The notes under the pieces were generated by a model. That model searched no databases. It was not told the DNA's origin and saw only the letters and a program-made list of their open reading frames with translations. A DNA stretch of 40,812 nt, taken from positions 1 to 40,812 of the forward strand of contig JAPDJY010000002.1 in NCBI GenBank assembly GCA_029258835.1, in the 5' to 3' direction. How positions within the stretch are numbered: the first letter of the stretch is position 1; every line of letters starts with the position of its first letter. Positions 34,909 through 40,812 of this stretch are shown piece by piece. This stretch comes from Thermoproteota archaeon (lineage in GTDB: Archaea > Asgardarchaeota > Jordiarchaeia > Jordiarchaeales > Freyrarchaeaceae). Position numbers and translations under genes: made by a program.

Positions 34909-36606
34909 CTATCCTGCTTCCGCTCTCGCCCTTTCCCTCAGGACTCTCCTCAGTATTTTTCCTGCTGCGCTTTTTGGCATCTCCTCTATGAACTCTACAA
35001 TTCTCGGGTACTTGTAGGCTGCAACCCTCTCCTTGCACCACTCGATGAGCTCCTGCTCGCTTACCTTCCCCTTGTACTCCGGCTTCAAGACGACGTACGC
35101 CTTGATGTTCTCTCCTATGGACGGGTCTGGAACCCCGACCACGGCTGCCTCTAGGACCGCGGGGTGCTCGTAGAGGGCCTCCTCAACCTCCCTCGGGTAA
35201 ACCGAGTGACCCTTATACTTTATTATATCCTTAACTCTATCCACTATGTAGAAGTATCCGTCCTCGTCCATTCTAGCCAGATCCCCAGTCCTAAGCCACC
35301 TGTAACCTCCAGCCTCAAAGAAAACCTTCTCCGTCTCCTCAGGCCTCTTCCAGTACCCTTTCATCACCTGAGGCCCGCAAACCACAAGCTCGCCGACCTC
35401 GCCGATAGGAAGCCACTCCAAAGTCTCAGGGTCGACGATCCCAGCCAAAGTGCTCGGTATGGGGGTCCCTATCGAACCAACCTTCCTCTTCAGCAGGGGA
35501 CTCGTAGTATGCGTTACAGGGCTAGCCTCGGACAAGCCGTAACCTTCGACGAGGGGAACCCCGGTCGTCTCGTCCCACTGTCTTACGACGTCTACCGGGA
35601 TGGACGTCGCACCATTATTAACGTTAACAAAACAGGACATGTCAACTTCCTTGATCTTTGGATGGTTTAGGAGGGCTATGAACATGGGGGTTACACCCAT
35701 GAAGGTGTTGGGTCTGTACTTCTGGATTGCGTCGAGGATCTCTCCAGGGTCAAACCTTGGGAACACTATCCCCATGGCGCCGAACGCCATTCCCGATATT
35801 AAATCTACTGTTTGCCCGTAAATGTGGTACCATGGGAGCACGCTGAGCCCTATAACCCTCTCCAAGTTAAACTTCTCCTTGATCAGGTCGTTGTACTGCT
35901 TTAGCTGGTATACGTTTGCTAGTATGTTCCTGTGGGTGAGCATTGCAGCTTTAGGGAGGCCCGTGGTCCCCCCGGTGTACTGGAGAACGGCTACCTCCTC
36001 CTGTTCCACCTCGAACTCGAGCTTCTCGCTTGGCAACGGCTCGGTCTTCTGGATTACCTCCGCGAAGTCGTAGACGTCTTCCCCCTCCTCAACCTGAGGT
36101 TTCTGCCCGAGAATGTTGAAGACGAACACTCTTTCAAGCTCTGTCTCCTCCCGAGCGGCCTTAACGTTAGGGTAGAACATGTCCATTACGACCAAGTTTT
36201 TGCTTTCACTGTCCTTAAGCTGGTAGCCTACCTCCCTCGCAACGAAGAGGGGGCTAAGCGCGGTGACCTTAGCGCCTAGAATGTGGGCTGCAAAGTACGC
36301 TATGGAGAACTGGGGGCAGTTTGGGGCGTAAATCGCGAACGTTTCACCCTTCTCAACTCCCATCTCGTGGAGAGCGGTAGCGAAGCGCCTTATCAGATTA
36401 TCCATTTCATTGTAGGTGAACTCTCTCCCATAAAATACCATGGAAACCATGTCCCCGTACTTTTCCTTAGCGCTTCTAGCTATGGTAGCTATTGTTTCGC
36501 CCTCGGGAACCTCTATCTCGGCAGGCAACCCAGGCGGGTACGCTTTAAGCCAAATCCTATTCTTAACGTATTCTGGCAATTCCCTTTCAGGTTCTCCCCG
36601 GCTCAA
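34909..36606 (-). CDS. fadD: Long-chain fatty-acid--CoA ligase (AMP-forming)
   Basis: LQYTGGTTGLPK, EGYGLSEASP, GPQVMKGYW, LRTGD, IVDRVKD, PKSAAGKILRR. Confidence 0.92.
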   Translation of the reverse strand: MSRGEPERELPEYVKNRIWLKAYPPGLPAEIEVPEGETIATIARSAKEKYGDMVSMVFYGREFTYNEMDNLIRRFATALHEMGVEKGETFAIYAPNCPQFSIAYFAAHILGAKVTALSPLFVAREVGYQLKDSESKNLVVMDMFYPNVKAAREETELERVFVFNILGQKPQVEEGEDVYDFAEVIQKTEPLPSEKLEFEVEQEEVAVLQYTGGTTGLPKAAMLTHRNILANVYQLKQYNDLIKEKFNLERVIGLSVLPWYHIYGQTVDLISGMAFGAMGIVFPRFDPGEILDAIQKYRPNTFMGVTPMFIALLNHPKIKEVDMSCFVNVNNGATSIPVDVVRQWDETTGVPLVEGYGLSEASPVTHTTSPLLKRKVGSIGTPIPSTLAGIVDPETLEWLPIGEVGELVVCGPQVMKGYWKRPEETEKVFFEAGGYRWLRTGDLARMDEDGYFYIVDRVKDIIKYKGHSVYPREVEEALYEHPAVLEAAVVGVPDPSIGENIKAYVVLKPEYKGKVSEQELIEWCKERVAAYKYPRIVEFIEEMPKSAAGKILRRVLRERARAEAG

Positions 36607-36801
36607 CCTCCTCTCACCTCTCCCTAATCCTAGCTACTAAATATTAGGAAAAGGAAGCAACCAACTAATAAGCATATCGAAATGTTACATGGAAAAGTTG
36701 TAGGGGCACGCATGGACAGGGTTGGATGAGAAAGGAGGGCGAGTGCTTGGACGCCGACACCATGGTTAAACAGGGTGGAGGAGGGATTCGACAGGATCTA
36801 C

Positions 36802-37005
36802 GGGGTTCACGGTTGGTAGGCTTTTATGGGTAGATATGTTTGGTTTGCCAGCCGTTTCCCCGTCATCGAGGCAGAAGCCTCTAATTAGGGCTTTCGGGGG
36901 GACCACGGAGCCCCACATCTGAAGGTTCCGCCCCCATTAGGCCACCCTGTGGCCAAGCCAGCACCCACAGACACTTACCAAATATTTAACTGTTTCGCAA
37001 GGCGT
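36802..37005 (-). mobile_element. ~200-bp non-autonomous IS200/IS605-derived element, copy B
   Basis: Colinear with 18504-18704; minus strand ACGCCTTGCGAAACAGTTAAATATT...CAGATGTGGGGCTCCGTGGTCCCCCCGAAAGCCC...GTGAACCCC. Confidence 0.75.
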
Positions 37006-37564
37006 CCTGAAGGACGCTGTGGGTGCTCGCCGGCTTCACCGGGAGGGACGTCCCCCATGAAGTTTAACCAGTTAAAGGCGTGTTCCATTAAGCTACACCA
37101 TTGATTGCAGCTGCGAAGTACGCGTTCAAGACGGGTATGTGTGGCTGACGCCGTGCAGCCAGCGTCAGCAGGGGAACTCAACCCACCCTCACGTACGATA
37201 GGAGGCAGCCGGAATGGCAAGGAGGGAAGGATCAAACCGGCAACGTAACGGAAAACATCAGGAGCAGCGTGCAGGGGCAGACGGCCAAAATTGGCTTCGG
37301 CAGGCTTCCCGCATTAGGAGGAGTAACCTCTGTTTCAGCACGGTTAACCGAGTTTACGTTTAAACGTGCCTTCCCCGCAATTTTTATCCCTTCATTTTCC
37401 TACCATTTTGCCGTCCCCGTTGTGTTTAACACGGGAAACAGAATTTTTAAAGAAAGGACACGAAGAAAATGGGAAAATAAATTTATGCAATAGAAATTAT
37501 GCAAAAAATTAATAAGCATCCAGCTTAACCTTAAAGAGCTTAGAAGGATTGGATATCAAGTTAT

Positions 37565-38716
37565 GTGGGAGGTACTTTGCAGGGTGCTTCGCCTGTGAGG
37601 GAGGCAGTTAAGGGCTTCTTGGCCGTTTTCGTCGAATACGTGAGGAAGCTTATCCATACTGCTATGATGCTGGGCTTAAAGGTAGAACCCGTTTCCCCGG
37701 ATCCCAGCGCTGGCTTGCTTGGGTTCATAATCAAGGTTAACGAGGTATTTAGGCAGCTGGCATGCTTCCTCGAATGCTACGTTAACGCTGTTACAAGGTT
37801 TCTGGAGTTCTTCATGGAGCTTGCCTTAAGCCTCGGAGCCGAGGGCATTCAAGGCCTCCTCTCAGGAGGCGTAAACGTCGACGAGTTAGTTAACAGCTGC
37901 GACGAAGGATTCCTGAGGTACCAAGTCAAGTCCACCATAGACCTGCTCCTACCCTCACTAAACGAGCACATACTAGAGGTAGCTAAACGCATTAAAGCGC
38001 TTACAGTAGCTCACCGGATTTTAAGGTCGGACACGATAGCTGACTTCAAGCAGCTCCTCTACGTTCAAGCCGCGGACTGGCTCACACTGGAAAGGCAGAT
38101 CTTGAGCGTTTACAGGGAAGCCGCCGATGAGGAGTTGACAGCTAGCCGCGTGGCAAAGCTTCTCAGGGATATGACGGGGCTCGCTAAGGAAACGTGGGAG
38201 CGAATAGCTAGGTTAACACCCCTAAACCGCGTGGAGTACAGGATAGAGGAGGTTGAGTTCATCGCAGGAGAGGCGGTCTCCCTAGCCGAGAGGGTGACAG
38301 CACTGTTCAGCAACAGGCTCAACGCCTACTTCTCATGCCTTAACGCTCTCAGATACATCCTCGGAGCCATCGTAGGGGAAGAGCGCCGCTTTGAAACATT
38401 TATAAAAATCCTTGCTGGTGCACCATTAGAAAACATAATCCCGGAGGAGATCCCCGCCGACGACGTGCTCTTCTCCGTTAACAGGGCGAGGGTTGAGCTT
38501 GAACTGGCAAGGCAAGCCTCAGACGAGGTTAAAAACCACTTGGATGCGCTGGGCTTCGTCGCCAGAGCCTTAAAAAGCAAGAAGCTGGAGAGCATATACA
38601 GGTACTACAGCTTGAGAGCAGAGCTCTTCGACGAGTACTGGCCTAAAATCCACGAGAGGCTTCTACGCCTTCAATCCATACTATTTAAGACAAAAACATG
38701 TGCTCGCCAAGGTTAA
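37565..38716 (+). CDS. Hypothetical all-alpha-helical protein
   Basis: 383-aa ORF with genome-typical codon usage, AT-rich upstream region and amphipathic helices; no motif recognised. Confidence 0.75.
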   Translation: MGGTLQGASPVREAVKGFLAVFVEYVRKLIHTAMMLGLKVEPVSPDPSAGLLGFIIKVNEVFRQLACFLECYVNAVTRFLEFFMELALSLGAEGIQGLLSGGVNVDELVNSCDEGFLRYQVKSTIDLLLPSLNEHILEVAKRIKALTVAHRILRSDTIADFKQLLYVQAADWLTLERQILSVYREAADEELTASRVAKLLRDMTGLAKETWERIARLTPLNRVEYRIEEVEFIAGEAVSLAERVTALFSNRLNAYFSCLNALRYILGAIVGEERRFETFIKILAGAPLENIIPEEIPADDVLFSVNRARVELELARQASDEVKNHLDALGFVARALKSKKLESIYRYYSLRAELFDEYWPKIHERLLRLQSILFKTKTCARQG

Positions 38717-38914
38717 CTTGTTGGTTTGCTGCTCCTATACCGCCTCCTTACTTACAACCCGTTAAGAAAACGGGAATCGCAACGTTTCCTTCCTCAATCT
38801 AGCCCGGTTAAATCGGATTTTACCGGTAAAATGGAAAATAGAAAAGGATTTAACGGAGAAACCAGCCTTTAAAGGATGTTAAAGAAGAGCTGGCTTCTAA
38901 GCGTTTAACTGGCG

Positions 38915-39808
38915 GTGCTCCGCATGTTAACTAAGGGAGTTGACAGGAGGATGTTCACGGTATTCTTCCTCCTCCTCGTCGGCGAGTTCTTCGCCCTCGC
39001 CCTCTCACTGGTTTTACCGTGGAAGAACAACTTTATCCCCTACGTCGGCGGGGTGATCGTGCAGTCGATCCTCGGAACCATGACTAAAACTACTATTTAT
39101 GGTCTGCCTCCACCCGCCCCAGTACTCGCCGTCGTAGCGTATGAAGGAGCGAAAAACCCTGTGACGTGGCTCCTAGTCCCGCTATACATGCTCTTCAAGC
39201 CGCTCCTCCTCGGGAAGGCAAAGTTCAGGGAGGCTAAAGCACTCACCTTCACCCCCCTAGCATACCTCGTGGAGAGGTACCTGACATTCCCCTGGTCCTC
39301 CAGCATTTTCACCTTAACGGTCCTCCCGCAGGGGGGCTTAGGCGTCTACAGCCTCCTACTAGGACTGCTGGCAGGGGTTTTCAGCACAAACTACCTTGTA
39401 TCGTCCATCCTAAACCCGGTAATAGTCGAGGTCTGGTCTAAGCTCAAAAGCGAGGGGAAGGCCTCGCTCGACAGGGTATCCGAGTCCACCGGGTTCCCCA
39501 AACAGCTGCTCTACACCCTGCTCGCAGAGGCAGCGGTGCAAGGCGTCCTAAACGCCGTAGTTACGACAGAAATGGTCTTCCACGTAAACTCGGAGGAAGG
39601 GAGGGAGGCGGTAATAGCGCTTTTCTCCGGGGCCCTCTTAGACAAAAGGGAAATACCGATAAGTCACGCTAAGAAGCTCATGAAGAAATCCGGGACATGG
39701 TTCACAAGGGACACCGAAACAATACAGGGAATCCTCCAGAAAGCCATCGAGGAAAAACAGCTAGACGCCGTAATAGAGGGAAGACGGCTAAAGAAGAAAA
39801 ACAAATGA
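38915..39808 (+). CDS. Membrane protein with C-terminal tandem winged-helix (PCI-like) region
   Basis: Hydrophobic N-terminal half; ASLDRVSESTGFPKQLLYTLLAEAAVQGVLNAVV and IPISHAKKL...IQGILQKAIEEKQLDAVIEG. Confidence 0.65.
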   Translation: MLRMLTKGVDRRMFTVFFLLLVGEFFALALSLVLPWKNNFIPYVGGVIVQSILGTMTKTTIYGLPPPAPVLAVVAYEGAKNPVTWLLVPLYMLFKPLLLGKAKFREAKALTFTPLAYLVERYLTFPWSSSIFTLTVLPQGGLGVYSLLLGLLAGVFSTNYLVSSILNPVIVEVWSKLKSEGKASLDRVSESTGFPKQLLYTLLAEAAVQGVLNAVVTTEMVFHVNSEEGREAVIALFSGALLDKREIPISHAKKLMKKSGTWFTRDTETIQGILQKAIEEKQLDAVIEGRRLKKKNK

Positions 39809-40403
39809 GGGGGAGAAAGGTCTCAGAGAATGACTAAGAATCCACTCAGGAGCAGCTCCTTCTAAAATTATAACAGAAGCGACAGCCAAGGTTTCCATGA
39901 AAGCTTCAAGTGTGAATTTTTACCGGGAAAATTGTAAGATGAAGAGTTTCTAATAGCCGATGACGAAGAAAACGCCGTTTACATCCTTAAAAGTTTTAGC
40001 GTCTTTCTGGGCTGCCACAAGAACGCTACTACAGCAGCCCGGCACCTTCTAATAGTTTTACAACACCACTACTTTGCGTAGCGGGGCGACTTCCTAGTAT
40101 GTGGCGAGCAGGATGGGTGGGCACATTTGAAGAGCGTTTCCAGGCGGGTGAGCGCTTGGTTGCCTCTTGGTGGGTGAGGGCTGCTTACGCTTCGCTATTC
40201 GCTACTGCCGGTTTCCCTAGATGAATTTAGGGGGGTTGCAGGGATGATTCATGGTTGGATTGACTTACTGGCGGGCTACTGGGTGTCATGATTAACCCCC
40301 CGGGTTAAAAATGTTTTTATGGGTTTATGGGCTGTTTTAGCGTGCTGAGGAGGAAAGAAATTGTGGCAAGGGAAAGGGTGCCTGTTGCCTGGTGGGCTGG
40401 TGT

Positions 40404-40812
40404 GTGAGGGTGAAGTGGGTTGTCGTTGTAGTGGATGGCATGGCTGATTACCCCCTCAGCGAGCTTGGTGGGATGACTCCTCTTCAGGCTGCTGATACGC
40501 CTAACATGGACTTTGTCTCCCGTGGTGGGGTGAACGGGCTGCTGGAGACCGTTCCGGAGGGCGTTCCGCCGGGGTCTGACGTTGCGAACCTTTCGATCCT
40601 AGGATATGACCCTGCGAGGTGCTACACGGGGCGGGGGCCGATAGAGGCTGCTGCCCTAGGGGTTGAGCTTGGGGAGGATGAAACTGCCTTCAGGTGTAAC
40701 CTTGTGACGGTGGAGGACGGGGTGATGGTTGATTACAGTGCGGGACACATAAGTAGCGGGGAGGCGAGGGAGCTGGTCGAAGCTCTAAACACGAGGCTGG
40801 GGGGAGGAAGGG
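40404..40812 (+). CDS. apgM: Cofactor-independent phosphoglycerate mutase, archaeal type (5' part; runs off window)
   Basis: Not in ORF track. Reads KWVVVVVDGMADYPLSELGGMTPLQAADTPNMD...PPGSDVANLSILGYDP..YTGRGPIEAAALG...AFRCNLVT...DYSAGHIS. Confidence 0.93.
   Translation, partial: MRVKWVVVVVDGMADYPLSELGGMTPLQAADTPNMDFVSRGGVNGLLETVPEGVPPGSDVANLSILGYDPARCYTGRGPIEAAALGVELGEDETAFRCNLVTVEDGVMVDYSAGHISSGEARELVEALNTRLGGGR

Noticed and set aside
37010-37500. Short ORFs 36975-37235 and 37269-37493
   Set aside because: No motifs or clear SD; one overlaps the mobile element end; likely non-coding or decayed.
39830-40400. ORF-free intergenic stretch, possibly another IS remnant
   Set aside because: No convincing similarity to the 200-bp elements or to a protein family.

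Overview
Archaeal chromosomal window. Markers are an archaeal-type ThrRS, topoisomerase VI, V4R proteins and GGTG/GGAGG Shine-Dalgarno sites. A large Ig-like surface protein suggests an Asgard or TACK lineage, which is inference only. Housekeeping genes: purN, thrS, top6A/top6B, apgM, an acyl-CoA ligase, GDPD, an MFS transporter, modE/mop and a nitroreductase. These are interleaved with decayed accessory DNA: three toxin-antitoxin pairs, lplA and coxD/coxE pseudogenes, a tnpB remnant and two ~200-bp IS200/IS605-derived elements. Most notable: (1) a tightly coupled five-gene operon joining a NuoC/MbsK-like subunit and a NuoI-NuoB-NuoD (MbsN/J/L-like, Ni ligands incomplete) triple fusion to MvhD-FdhA-FdhB, with no membrane-arm genes; (2) an orphan mini CRISPR-like array (2 identical 37-bp repeats, one 38-bp spacer) just upstream of a vapBC operon; (3) promoter-bearing omegaRNA-like cassettes with different 3' flanks; (4) a wHTH-CARF regulator with reversed domain order. 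All family calls come from motif recognition by eye; no searches were run.
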